Below are positions 47,563 to 61,993 of a stretch of 64,000 nt of DNA, in pieces. Within the stretch, counting starts at the first letter, position 1. Every line of letters begins with the position of its first letter. The DNA lies in the NCBI GenBank assembly GCA_002633005.1, contig NMRA01000161.1, positions 692,803-756,802 of the forward strand, in the 5' to 3' direction. The stretch is from Phoronis australis. Taxonomy: Eukaryota; Animalia; Phoronida. Under the pieces are notes generated by a model. That model was given only the letters and a program-made list of their open reading frames with translations, searched no databases and had not been told where the DNA came from. The position numbers and the translations under genes were made by a program.

Positions 47563-50329
47563 CTGACGGGGATGAGATAAGACCAGAGGTACAAGTCAAA
47601 GACCATTCACTCACTCACCACACTGGGATGACATGGTCTGCTTCCCAACACGCAGATATTAGCTGTATTTAAGGCAAGGTGAACTTATGCATTTTCAAAA
47701 AAACTTTTTTTCAGATATCCATGTTGAGTGTATGGTCTAGAAGCAACGGTGGTTAAAGGGTTTGTGATCCATCTATAGGGGACAGTTTGCCTTCAATTCA
47801 ACCAACATTTAGAGGTAAGTTGTTTTACATTCATTTTGCTGTTTCCCTACAGTTTTGATACAATTTTTGAATTGTTCTCATTTCTACCATAGTCTTCTTG
47901 ACAAATTTCATATAAGTAATGGTAGCTTGGCATACTAACTTTTACTTATATCATTACAATGGTGTACTACATTTCACTAAAGCAACTACAGTAACTCAAG
48001 TTTTTCATGGCAGCATTTGGAAAGCTGTTCTAATTGTATCCAGGCACGCAGCGTTATTCCCGAAAAAGACTATTGCACATATATTTAAAATACGACCAGT
48101 GCACTACTTATTTTTTTGCAAAAAGACTGTTTCAGCAAGTAGCTGAGTCATAGTACTCCACGGATCACTTAGACTATAATGCTCTATTTCATCATTTAAA
48201 GGTTGCTCAGGAGAAATTTAAACACAGATTTTGGCATGTATATATACGAAGCTGTGCTTATGTTTGATGACGTATCAATTAGAAGTGCAAACACGCACAG
48301 AAAACATCAGATTGTTGGACACACATATTCAAAGAATATTGCATGTGTCTATCTACGAAAAATACATTATTTCGGATATACCGTAGGTGCATTGCATGAA
48401 ATACTTCATCATGTGACATCTACACCATTCTTTATATAAATTCTGAGGCACAATATATTGGAAGAATATATTATAAGTAACATAACATGAGTGGCCTCCT
48501 TGGTGGATCCTTTTTATTAACATTGCCATGTATTTTGTATGTGGTTGTCATCATCTAATTCTATGTATTCAGTGGGCCTATAATGTTGTTCCTAATATTC
48601 AAATGCATGGAACTACAGTGGGACTTGTCACCCAGTGTTTATTCTATGTAAATTGTTTGTAAGCATTTTGACAAATTCTTTTCCCAGCCTCTTCAGAAAC
48701 CATTTTCCATTCCCGAACATTATGCAGGACCTTATCTGGTGTAAAATATCTACAAAACAATAGATTTTTACTTGTATAAATTTATGATTTCTGAATGCAG
48801 ACAGCTAATAGAGTATGTACATCAATGTGTTGTTATAACTCGGGGCATTGTATGAGTAAGAATTTGTCAATCTTCATACAGGGCATATGAGTTTAAACGT
48901 TATACCAGTCTGCCATTAATTGGTCAAATGACAATGTCTTCATAGTAAAATTTAGCAAAATAGGTATTCGTAGCAAAACAATGTTATCAATAACAAGACC
49001 AAATTTCATTTCCTATCAATGTTCAACATGAAATCTCAAAAACGCTATTACCATTATCTAAATTCCTTTTTTACAACTTTTGATTTTTTTCATAAAAAAA
49101 TTTTTTCTTCAGTTGACTACTAATGTTAAAACAAGTTCTTGGTTATATGCAATCCATTGGTCACGATATTCAGGGCGTTTAAATTGGGAAACTCAGAAAA
49201 ATGAAAGGGTCAGTATTAATCTGAGCAATAAAAATAAAAATTTAGAGAAATGGGGTAGGCCCGTACCCAAACGGTGGAGGGTACATTGACATCAGACATC
49301 ACCTACGACAGTAAAGTGAAACATCTATGGATGACTGTGGGAAAATGTAGCAAGGGACTTGCAGTCCAGAATAGAGTAGTTCAGAAGCATGACTCGGCTT
49401 TTCAAGCTGCATACCTTATAATTTTCCTATGAATGTTATGACCTGGCCATGTACTGATCACCAAGCGTTTACTGCTTTCTGCACAGGGGTAAGTTAACTT
49501 AAGAATTCACAAAATAATTATTTGATATCTTCTTCGATCACTAAACAGCAGAAGAGTATGGGTGTTTTTTCTGCATACAAGGCAAGCTTCTGTTGAAACA
49601 GACTGCTTTTCACAGAAAGGTATTTGAGTGGTGTACCTTTTGGGAGCTAAAATTCCGATGAGACAGGTGTTCACAAAGAAACAGGTACTCAGACAGAAGT
49701 CTCAATTGAATAAACTGGGGGTGGCTCACAAGTCAAGCATGGCTACCGTATTTACCAGCTTGAGTATGTTACCCAACAAATACCGCCAACATTTAGGTTA
49801 TCCCAAACCTCATTTAGTGGCCTCCAAACAGGCAGCAACTAGTAAAAGTTGAATAAAATCCTAACAGTATTTTTGAAACACAATGTAAAGTTTTCATGCA
49901 AACGAAGTTTTTTAGTAAATCCGCTGGGGGTTGTTTTGCTATGAATAAAACCTTGCACAATAAAAATTGACTTAAAAATGTGGTCATGCGACAATCATAA
50001 AGACACAGTAGTAAGAAGCATATTTTTAGAAATTTCGATCTTTCTCCTTTCAAAAAACATACACTTTTAATGGTTGACAAAGCATAGTTTTTTCTATACT
50101 TCAGGTCATTTAGTAAGGTCCTAAGATAACCTTAGATCAGCAACACCAAAATGTCAAATTACCTATCAAATTAATGAATTTGGTGAGGATTTATTTATCT
50201 CTTTTCACAACTTGCTGTGTTCATGAACACAAAGTAACAGAGGCCTGTGGCGACTAGGAGTATTCGTTCTTGATACTTGTATGCATGCAGACTCACAACT
50301 CCCTCAGGATCAAAACTGTCTTTTGTCTC

Positions 50330-50670
50330 CATTTTTCTCGGCATATGTACACCTCGTTGACTCAATATTATGGCAACTTGGTAAATGAAAGGACATAGAA
50401 CACACCAGGAGCTGTAGAATGCTTGGCGGTAGATGCGATTTGAGTGACAGTCCTGTAACCTTTGACCTCAGATATGTAGTAAACAAATTTTTACACGGTT
50501 GTGCAGTTGTGCGGTTTCAAGGTGGTTCTGCTAAATTTTTTTCTAGCTTAACACGCTATTTGTTTCGTATTTAAACTTCCCTGAGAATGAAGATAAGGTA
50601 TTTTGCTAGACATTAGTGAAATGTTGTAAAAATGGCCAATTTTTGTGAATAAGGTTTGAGACATCCTTAA
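50330..50670. mobile_element. Second copy of the 3000-3330 repeat family
   Basis: Collinear similarity, ends in tccttaa. Confidence 0.7.
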
Positions 50671-53153
50671 CAGTCTGACGGCTATGTTGTATATTCTTGA
50701 AAACTTGAAGTGCAAAAGACAACTGGAAAATACATGCTGTGATCAATTTCTCTCTTGGAATGTTTTGATTTCCCAAGTGTCACAACTTCATAATTACATC
50801 CAAAATAACAGCAGTTTCTGTTATAGTGGCGACATATACCCCATCTACAAAAAGGCTAATGTTCTCCTAGCACTTTTCTTCACTAGTTGCAAAAATCCCA
50901 GTCAGCAAAGGGTTACCAGTGTGACAGGGTTAAGAGGCTCTTGTTTACGGTATGTCACTTAAATCAGTTTGTGTTACAAAGAGAAGGTGTTTTGACATCA
51001 GTTTTTCACTCTGATTGGGGTAATGAGGAAATCAATTAAATGCTGGCAAAAACGACCAGTTCACAGACTTCAAGTATTACGTGACTAAAATACTATCTAT
51101 TGTTTGCATTAGCATTTAAAGTTGCATTTACACGTGAAACAGCTTGCCCAGTAGCGTGATCCATTGGCATTCCACGTGGTTTGGACGTTTGCTATTGTTT
51201 ATGGTAGCATTCCCAGACCGTCTTCATGTAAGTGACGCATGCTGATCCAGCTTGCGATCTAATGTCATTTAAATGCGAAGTGGAGCAAGTCTCGTAATGA
51301 CAACTGACACGGTGACAACGGTCTCTTGTGCTTTAGTCAGTGACGCTGCTAGCATTTTTGCCACTTGTGCAAACTCAAATCGTCTGTTGTGTGCTGAGAG
51401 AATCAAACAATTCACAAAAATGTCCTATGTCTTGAAATGTTCCTGAGTAAATGAAATTGTATTTCCTCACTATCACCAACCCTGCATACCAGAATTAGAA
51501 TTGAGTCAAACAAAAGATGCATGTTGAATGTTCCCTAAGGACTTTTAACGTTGGTGTAACTTAACAAAGTAACTTTATTAACTATTTACAAACTGACCAT
51601 CAATTCCGCACAAATAGGAGAATTAATTAACATAATTTCTTTAGTAATTTATAAGGCGCTACATTTCACTTCCCAACCAGCAACTGTGATTTATGCTTCT
51701 TCTGGGGGTTTACAATAGTACGTTACAATAGTGCCTAGACATTTATGAACGGTTTCTTTTGTTTGGGGACTAGGGAACAGAGAAGGAAGTCGGTGATAAC
51801 CGCTGCCTGTTCATGGCAACATTCTTTCCCAACTGTTTTAGACACTACAGATTAAAAAACTAACTCTACCACTGAAAATTTTTAACGGCAAAAACTGATA
51901 AAATACCACAGAGGAAAGTAGATGAATAACACTATTGTAACTGTTGTTCCTTTATTGGTTTTTCCATATCAGTATTGTGTAACTTGCATATATACGATGG
52001 GGCAAACTGACTTTTGTACACCAATGTACAATAGTGCTTACCTGAGTGGTCTAGTTATATGGTACCCAAAAAAATGTAGCGAAATTTGAATGGTGGAGCA
52101 CATGTTTTCCTTGGTTAAAAATGTATAACTACAGAAGAGGACACTGCTTCTTAAATGTCACGATGAAGCTGAATTTGTTGTATAAACCATTCGTATAAAC
52201 ATTTAGAAATAACCACATGCGAAGATATGTGTGGACATAAAAATGTCTAAAGTATTGAATCATTGTGTGAGGAAATAGTGACAGACTGATCTTTTTGACC
52301 ACAAGAAACAAAACTTTCAAAAACCAAGTGTTCTAAGGATGAAACTGTCTTGTTAGAGCTTTGATACACCTAGTCTTAGTTGATTGGAATGTGTCTCATG
52401 GTATTTACCAACACTGAAGGAATTTCTACAGTTGTCAGGAAACTAGACTGACCATGAGTTTGGTTTCCAAGCAGGAGACAGGTAGTTTAATTACTTGTGA
52501 CACAGTCCAGCATCCTTAAACAAACCAGCGACTTCATTCTGGGCTTATTAGAAAAAATGCTAGCTAATGAGTACCAGCACCACCACTGGGAGTCACTCCC
52601 ATTGACTGTGGCTGTGTGACTGATCTGTGGGTCTCCCACTTTGTTTTCAATTTAAAACCCTTTTACACTGAAAACTTTGGTTTTGACTTAGGCAACATGG
52701 GGTAAATGTAAGTGGCTTGACATAAATCGGTTCAACTTGAACCAGAACTGGTGGAGGTGCTTTCAAATCAATTAAACCTAAAGCAATTGGACAGACCGAA
52801 AAGGGTCGCCGTGACGACGGATTCATTTTTCACCAACCGTAGTGTAAAAAATGGCCTGCACTGCATGTAAAGAGTGACTGTTTAACTGCAGCCAGTGCTA
52901 TTACAAGCATCTTTGTTCACAAATCCCCATACAAAAGTAACCTATCATTAAAAGTTCAGGAGATGAGGCTATTACAGGCTATTCAAATCCCAACTGATTT
53001 GAGAAGCCTTTAATGCTTAGGGTTGGGAAACTAGATGTAACACCTCATGTTGAAGTGTAAACGCCAGACAAATCGATTTTAAACCAATCAGGATAAATCA
53101 AGTAAAAGTAAATAGACTCCAAACTTCAGTAAAAGGTGTTTAAAGCCACTTTC

Positions 53154-53731
53154 CTCATTAGAGGCAAAACTACAGTTTTTACCGAAGTTTCGGTGAGTGG
53201 GAAAGGTTAACTTTGGAAGTTAATCTGCATGCGAAACTTCCCTGAAAATAGTGGGATTTAAAAGCGAAGCTTCCATACTATTCACCGAAACTTCAGTGTA
53301 GTTAGAAAGGTCAGAGAGAAACTTTGCTGAACTTATCGGTAGAAGTCACGGCAACACGCTACACTCGCAAAACACGTTCTTTGTTACTGTAGCGTAGCCG
53401 ACATGCTTTTGATAAACATGTAAATAAACAAAAAAGCATATCTATCTGATGAAGAATGACACTGATCATTTTCATAAACATTCATCAATGGCAGGAGAAC
53501 ATTTTCAGTTAGCCTCGAACCCACTACTCAATATTTGTTTGAGAGTACGAATGAACTGCATCGTGTGCTATCTTATCAATAACTGATAATTCGCTGTCTA
53601 GTTGGAAAGCTATGCGAAGTTTCAATGAAACTTCAGCAAACCGAAGTTCCTCTAACGGAAAAGCAACATAAGAGAAGATCGAGCTTCATTAACTGTTTGT
53701 TGGCTGAACCTGCATGAATTACCTTAATGAG
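53154..53731. mobile_element. MITE-like element with cgaagtt/aacttc subterminal repeats
   Basis: ctcattagagg ... ccttaatgag termini. Confidence 0.45.
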
Positions 53732-56700
53732 ACCCAGCATGGAATGCTCACCTACATTCAAATGGGCATTACGTTCTGTTAACACTCAGTGAGGAAAAGA
53801 TATAAATTTCTAATGGGTAACTAGTGATTTTGAACATGCTTGCATTTTAAGGTGAATGGTCGTCTTAGACATATCAAAGTTACATCCAGAAGCAGAATTT
53901 CAACTTGAATGTTTAACTGGCTAAAAAACAAAATCGAATTAAGAATTGTACTCATGTAAAATCAGATCACATTTGTTTTAGGCCAAAACGAAGGCACGAA
54001 ACGTCGGATAAATATGTCGTTATTTACTTACGCGCTAATTTTAAAGTTCGTGCATGTAAAATAGGTCTCATAATATTCCTTAGCATGACTGGATCTTAAT
54101 TCCATTACCATTAAGAACATTGAAACCAGCAGCAACTCATGAAAGCACTTCAGTGTTTTGGAGTTAGACAACCCCGAAATTGCAAATTCAAAAAGGGCAC
54201 ATGAATGTATAACCCGTGATTTGAGCTGGTAATAGAAATGGAACCCTGTCATGGTAATGGAAGTCATGAAAGTGAAGGGCCTAATTCAAATTATTTTTTT
54301 TAACCACACAGGACGAAATGCAGCCTTAAATTTGATATTGTTTCAACGTTATTAAACTGGAACGGAAAGCAACAGTCCTCCTTTGCCCAGGTGTAATTAT
54401 GAAAATGGTCTCAGTAGCTTGGTAACTAATTGTAGAATACGAAAATCTTGAACAGAACTGTGGGAGAGGAGTTGAAAAGAGGCCCATTCCATGAAAATTG
54501 ACTTTAGACGTAAAACAGAAAATTTGGTCTTACTCTTCCAGTTGAATCAAGTAATTATGAGATCACAGTCAAGAAATAAAATGCATAGAAATTATAATTA
54601 GTAACCAGCAGTTATGTATATTCCCTGAGAAGAACCTTATCTTTAACCAAAGTTGAGTGGCTAAAGAGTGGGTCATAAACTCTACCTTTGACACAGAAGA
54701 ATGAAGTCAAGTGTGAATGAAATTGAGAAAGTGGTACATTCTTTACACTAAACAGGTGCTATGGTAATATCTGGCCAATGTAGAACACAGTACCTATTAT
54801 TATTTTAACGCTCTATAGCTGCCATCATACAAAGTTAAAAGGAGCTGCAAGCATCCGCATCAATGTCAAAGACCTTGAAAAATGAACAATATCAATATTT
54901 GCAATTATGTCCGTACGATATTGGATAGATTTTAACGTATTTCTATAAAATAAAATGGCAGGCATGCTCCCAGGAGTTTAGTTGGAACGAAATGGCCTAT
55001 GGGCAGCTGACAGTCGAAACACATCTTTGCAGCATTTCAAATTGGTACAAATGCCTCTCCTTTAGTTTCAACTCCAGGCAACAGCCAGCAGTTTCCAAAT
55101 CCAGATATCAATGTAGTCCATATTCAGCATCCCCTGTGCTGTGGGTTGCAACACCAGTGGCAGAAAATTGCGATAAACCTGAGAACTGTATGCGGAGGCA
55201 TTATCTTCTGACACGATTCCTGGAATCAGCCACACATTTCTAAAACGAGGCCAGTGGAACAAATCGCTTTCCTATTTCCAGGAGAAAGGAGAATACTATG
55301 TAGTACCGAGGCATTGAAATACTGATCCGCAAACCGAATCCAATTATATTATTTTTTATCTTATTTTTGGAGAAAAGTGATCCTACTAAATTTTTCACAA
55401 GAAATTCAATTTCAGAAGCCAAACAGTTGAAAAATCAATTGCTACAGTGTACTATGCTATAATACATCACAGCCTGTAATTTATTGCTGTTAAGTGACTT
55501 TAAATGTGCACAGCCTCAGAAATCACTTTAGCATTATATCCAGGTTCTCATTTATTCCCTTGCATACATTCACTAGTAAAACTGAGCTCAGAGGAGTAGG
55601 AGATACCTTTGTGCAATGCTGGATTGTATGCCAGTAAGGTCAGGATTTGAACCGGGAGTCTCCCAAACAGGAGTCTAGAGCTCAAACCACTAGTGCCCAT
55701 AAATGCTGTAATTCAGTGCTGCTCCAGTTAAAAAGTAATGAGGATAATTGATGACACCAAGGGTTGTAAAAATATATTGAGGAAGTATTTCTGATGGAAA
55801 GTAACTGGAAGCAGATTAAAATCCTTAAGCTGAATTTCACCCTGAAAAATGAAAATCGGATTAGGCGTTTTACTCTCATAAATTGGACTCATACACGTAG
55901 TATTCCTTACTGTCATAGGATTCTATTTGCATTACCAACAAGAACATTGAAACCAACCGGCCCCAATAACCTCTAAAGCATTTTCTTGAGTCGTTAGTAG
56001 TTTCCACGTTCTGGTTGATAGTGGGAATAGAATCCTATTATGGTGTAAGCAATATTATGTGACCGATTTCAAGAGGCCCAATTCGATTTTTCTTTAATAG
56101 CCATCGAACAGGGCAAAATGCAGTTTTAACCAGAATTTTGCTTGTGGAGACTAAAAATAACTGATTAATTGATTTCTTAGAGTATAAACCTATTGTAGAA
56201 GACTATATCAAAGCAATAACAATGACAACATCAGAAATTGAGAACTTGAGACATAGCAATGCTGGGGTTAAAAGTTAAAGACTTTAACAAATATGGCAGT
56301 TGGTACCAAATAGTGTGTTGAGCATTACTTGAAGCTGCTGTTTTTACCACTTTAGATTGGTCTGGAATTGTTAGTAATTAAAATTAAGACAGGATTTTAC
56401 AAGTTTTCACATCTAGGTTTTGAGTTTTTGTACTAACATATTGAGGTCATTGGCATTAATGTTAGCCAGAGTTTCAGACTTTTCAAGCAGTTATTGTTAG
56501 AGAATGCAAGGTCACGTGGTTTTTGGAATTTTTGTGCCCAAATCAAAGATGATTTGTTTTGGGATAATTTGTTTTAATATGAATTTTATTGAGAGTCATG
56601 TACGCCAAACTATAGTCCACCAAACTTAAGGCTATGGTGTCCGAACAACGGCTGTCAGATAAAACTGCACATTCCATTTACTAGCCTCTCTTCTTCTGTA

Positions 56701-58510
56701 TGTCCTGATAAGGTTTCAGTTAGCACACAGGTGTGACCACTCAGGCTAACATCAGACAAAACATTCAAACCTACATCAGGTGCATTCCTGGGCAATGAAT
56801 AGGTCAACTTAATTTGCAAATTAAAGTGCCGTCTACACACAGACTTACCCTAGAACACCTTAAACGGAGCACGTGCATATATCCGATAATTACTCTAAGA
56901 CTTAATTTGTTGCTCTATGCATGACAACAAACAGCTGATGCAAATACGGTATGAAAAGGAAAGTCCATATGATAATTTACTTTAGCCTTTCACCAGATTT
57001 GCCACCACCCTGCGATTAAAAGAAGCGCAAGTTGCCCTTGAGAAAGATTACCCTACCTTGATAAGGTGGAGTAGGTTGTCGCAAGTGGGGCAAGTTGCAC
57101 TAGATTAAATAGTGTAGACAGTTCCCACATCTAGCCACATTGTTCCAGCAGTAACTTGGTCTGTGAGTGGGGGCAGTACTTTACTCTTCTTATTTCTCGT
57201 TTTTCCTACTGTTATTTCTGACCAAGGCCCTCACTAACCAGTCGCTACTGACGGTTTGCTACTGGCGGCAGCTGAGAGCTGCAGAATGTTTGAATTCAGG
57301 CCGTTTTTTCAGTTCCATGTTACATAATATGTGCAGGAAACAATTAATATTGCTTGCAAGCTCCAGATTGTGTTACATTTTGATGATGAGAGTAATTCTA
57401 ATATGTACTCATAATGCAAAATGGCAGCAATGTCAATCATGGACTATAACTATACGGTTAACTCTCACCAATTTTAGACGAAAATTATTGCCAAAATTTT
57501 CCTTTTTAGATTTTTTCAATGGCTTCCAACATCGTTGTGTATGCCCGCAATTTTTCAAAAGTTTGTGTGGACGGTACCTGTGGTACAAAACGTGAACAAA
57601 ACAATGCAATTAATTCAGTGTTACATGTACAGAATGGTGAAGTGATGAAATAAAAATTGACTAGTGGGCATGCACTGTATCCTATATTGGAGGAATTAAA
57701 TGGGTCAGTTATACCCTTCATGCTGGGTGAGCAAATAGTAAAGATGATAGTTACATCTGGAACTACTTTAAGTGAATCCCAAGTTAAGTTGTGCAGGTTA
57801 TTGGAGATAGTAAATATGACCAGGAAATAGTGTTACCTCTTGACTTAATCACATTTGGCAGTTGGGTTAACTCAACACTCTTCCCACCCATTGTTTGGTT
57901 CATCCAGTTACATTGCGCTATTAAATGTAGGAATGCAATTTCTTGAAAGGTCTGGCTTGGGGATGTGGTCAACAATGAAATTCACAGCTGGCTAATAGGA
58001 GAAAATGTGCCCACCTCAGATGCAAGGCATGGCTGTACCCAGTATGACTGGACCTAAACAGAAATGTTTAAGATATGCGGAATGCAAAACTATGAATGAA
58101 ACCACTAGCCAAGATGTGGTGAACCATGAAACTGCCATGAATCACATTTTGAATTTAAAGAGCTTTTTTGGTAAATGGCCAATTGCTGACAAAACTGCAT
58201 GTTTAACATTATTAAAAGTTTCTAATATAGTTCTTAGAGCCCACAAATTTTCACATTATTGTAATATAAATATATTTATAACCAGCCCCAACCCCCAAAA
58301 TATTCAATTTCTGAAATGATAAGGATATGTAGGATCATAAAAACTGTCCAAACTTGACAAGCTTCTGAACATCCAGCAAAGGCTGATCAGATTCATATGA
58401 AAACTATAGATACCATGCTTTACACACTGTTCGCTGTTAGAAGTTGGTTTTAAATTTTTTTTGCATTTTTGCATGAGCGCCTATGAAATATAGATCTTGT
58501 AAGATTTTAT

Positions 58511-59745
58511 ACACGAGCAACGCAGAGCGTTGAAATGCGCCCACAATTGCACCGTATACGGTATCCTTCTAGGGTTGTTTATTGGTACCATAAAGTGGCC
58601 AGTAGAGGGCATATATGTAGTATGTTGTACTTTGAAAAATGGAAAGGCATGGTCATTGTCTCCTCAATAGGCTAGGTCATCGTCTGCTGTTAACATCATA
58701 TAATTACACTTATTAAATTTCGTAAAGATCCTGCGAACGGTTTAGGAGATACAGCCATAGGCGCAAAAAAAACAAAACTGCCACTAGGAGGCGCCACAGT
58801 AATCCAAATCGTCTGAAAATCATTGTCAGCTGTCTTCTTTATAGTAAGCACATACATGCCAATTTTCACAACCATCCTTTGAGCGGTTTGGTTGATAGAG
58901 GGGTGGACTCGAAAACACTAAAAATGGCCACTAGGTGGCGCAAACTATGTCGAATGCATCTGAAAACAGGAGGATAGCGTCATCTCACTAATAGGTGCCT
59001 ACATACCAAATTTCATGAAAATCCGTTCAGGACTTTTGAAGATACAAAGGTAAGCGTAAAAAAAATAAAACTGCCACTAGGGGGCACACCGGTAGTCAAA
59101 TCCGTCCGTAAGTCGTCATGTTCCGTTGTTAACATCATATAAATATACTTACACAATTTCGTAAAAATCCTGTGAACGGTTTAGGAGATAAAGCCACAGG
59201 CGAAAAAAAAAAAAACTGCCACTAGGAGGCGCCACAGTAGTCGAAATCGTTGGAAAATCATCGTCAACCGTCCTCAACATAGTAAGCATATACATGCCAA
59301 TTTTCACAATCATCCTTTGAGCGGTTTGGTTGATAGAGGGGTTGACGCACAAAAACACACTCGGAAACACTAAAAATGGCCACTAGGTGGCGCAAACTAT
59401 GTCGAATCCATCTGAAAACGGGAGGATAGCGTCATCTCACTAATAAAAGCCTACATACCAAATTTCATGAAAATCCGTTCAGGACTTTTGAAGATACAAA
59501 GGTAAGCGTAAAAAACTAAAATTGCCACTAGGGGGCACACTGGTAGTCGGATCAGTCCGAAAGTTCGCACATGCCGTCCCATTCATGAATGGAACATATG
59601 TGCCAAATTTCATGAACATATGTCAAAGGGTTTTGGAGATAGAGCAGCGGACGCCAGACGCCGGACGCCGGACGGACGCCGCCCGTACGGACGGAGATGA
59701 CGGCATAATGCGCCCACATATAAATATGTGGGCGCATAATAAAAA
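58511..59745 (+). mobile_element. Helentron/HINE (DINE-1-like) element with internal tandem array
   Basis: 5' subTIR atgcgcccaca (about 58535); six units of about 146 bp; ggac-type microsatellite at about 59648-59695; 3' hairpin atgcgcccacatat-aa-atatgtgggcgcat. Confidence 0.8.
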
Positions 59746-59967
59746 CTCTAAGGTTATGTAAAATGAAAACTAAATAATTTAGAAAAACTGTAATAACGAT
59801 TTCTTCATGAACATTTGTATAAAAAGAAATACAGTCATGAAATAGATACCGTCGTTTTGCTAAGGATGTACGATTCTTTTTTGCTAAATGATACTAAAAA
59901 TACCTAGCGTCATGACCCAAATAATGGCAGATTGGTATAAAGTTAAACAACACATTCTACAGGTCTC

Positions 59968-61993
59968 GTAATTTCATAAAATATATCCTCCCCCCAGTTA
60001 CCCCAGTTAAAATCTATAGTTTCGTAGATATTTGGCTAAATAACATGACTAGTCAATAACCACTAAACTCAGCTTGGTGTGAAAGATATCATTAGCTGAT
60101 CTCATTTTGGGCTAAAGGGCGTCTTTTAGTCCAAATACTACTGGTACATATAAGCTTTCATAATAATACATGGTAATGGAAGTGGGAATTAAGCAACATA
60201 AATTTCTATTCAATCATCCAAAGCCCTTTCTGACAAAGGAACTGATCATTGTTAATGAAAGTGAGCAGTATCGTGAGATGTACTTGCAGATTGTACTTAA
60301 AAAGTTGCACCATGTTTTACTTCGAGACAGTAGCTAAAAAGTTGCACAATGATGTACTTCCTGACTGTAGCTAAGAAGTTGCATAGGATGTTTTATTTTC
60401 AGACTGTAGCTAAAAAGTTGCACAATGTTGTACTTCCTGACTGTAGCTAAAAAGTTACACAATGTTGTACTTCCTGACTGTATCTAAAAAGTTGCATAGG
60501 ATGTTTTACTTTCAGATTGTAGCTAAAAAGTTGCACAATGTTGTACTTCCTGACTGTATCTAAAAAGTTGCATAGGATGTTTTACTTTCAGACTGTAGCT
60601 AAAAAGTTGCACAATGTTGTACTTCCTGACTGTAGCTAAAAAGTTACACAATGTTGTACTTCCTGACTGTATCTAAAAAGTTGCATTGGATGTTTTATTT
60701 CCAGATTGTAGCTAAAAAGTTGCACAATGTTGTACTTCCTGACTGTAGCTAAAAAGTTGCATTGGATGTTGTACTTCTTGAATGTATCTAAAAAGTTGCC
60801 CTCCACAATTGTAGCTAAAACCTTTCAAAGGATGTTGTAATTTAAGACTAGCTAAAAGGTTGCATAGGATCTTGTACATGACAGAGTATGCAGAGTGATC
60901 CAAAAGCTGTATACAAAGTGCTAAATCAAAAGTAAATAGGAGCAGCTGAATGAGCATTTGAGCATGACTTACTAGCAAATAAACAACTGCCTTGGTGTAA
61001 ACGACTGCCCTGAGCGTGAGAATTTAAAAACAAAAAGTGNTCTGGTAATTTCAGAAAATATATATCCCCCCAGTTACCCCAGTTAAAATCTATAGTTTCG
61101 TAGATATTTGGCTAAATACATGACTAGTCAATAACCACTAAACTCAGCTTGGTGTGAAAGATATCATTAGCTAATCTCATTTTGGGCTAAAGAGCGTGTT
61201 TTAGTCCAAATACAACTGGTAAATATAAGGTTTCATAAGAATACATGGTGATGGAAGTGGGAATTAAGCAACATAAATTTCTATTCAATCATCCAAAGCC
61301 CTTTCTGACAAAGGAACTGATCATTGTTAACGAAAGTGAGCAGTATCCTGAGATGTACTTGCAGATTGTACTTAAAAAGTTGCACCACTTCGAGACAGTA
61401 GCTAAAAAGTTGCACAATGATGTACTTCCTGACTGTAGCTAAGAAGTTGCATAGGATGTTTTATTTCCAGATTGTAGCTAAAAAGTTGCATAAAGTTGTA
61501 CTTCCTGGCTGTAGTTAAAAGGTGGCATAGTATGTTTTACTTTCAGATTGTAGCTAAAAAATTGCACAATGTTGTACTTCCTGACTGTAGCTAAAAAGTT
61601 ACACAATGTTGTACTTCCTGACTGTATCTAAAAAGTTGCATTGGATGTTTTATTTCCAGATTGTAGCTAAAAAGTTGCACAATGTTGTACTTCCTGACTG
61701 TAGCTAAAAAGTTGCATTGGATGTTGTACTTCTTGAATGTATCTAAAAAGTTGCCCTCCACAATTGTAGCTAAAATCTTTCAAAGGATGTTGTAATTTAA
61801 GACTGTAGCTAAAAGGTTGCATAGGATCTTGTACATGACAGAGGTAGAGTGATCCAAAAGCTGTATACAAAGACCTAAATCAAAAGTAAATTGGAGCAGC
61901 TGAATGTGCATTTGAGCATGACTTACTAGCAAATAAACAACTGCCTTGGTGTAAACAACTGCCCTGAGCGTGAGAATTTAAAAACAAAAAGTG
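59968..61993. repeat. Tandem duplication of about 1 kb, each copy containing a 37/39-bp minisatellite
   Basis: Copies at about 59968-61039 and 61045-61993; unit tgtagctaaaaagttgcacaatgttgtacttcctgac; single N at 61040. Confidence 0.9.

Noticed and set aside
60300-60860. 37-bp repeats of CRISPR-like length
   Set aside because: Head-to-tail units with no unique spacers, a eukaryotic context and no cas genes; it is a minisatellite.
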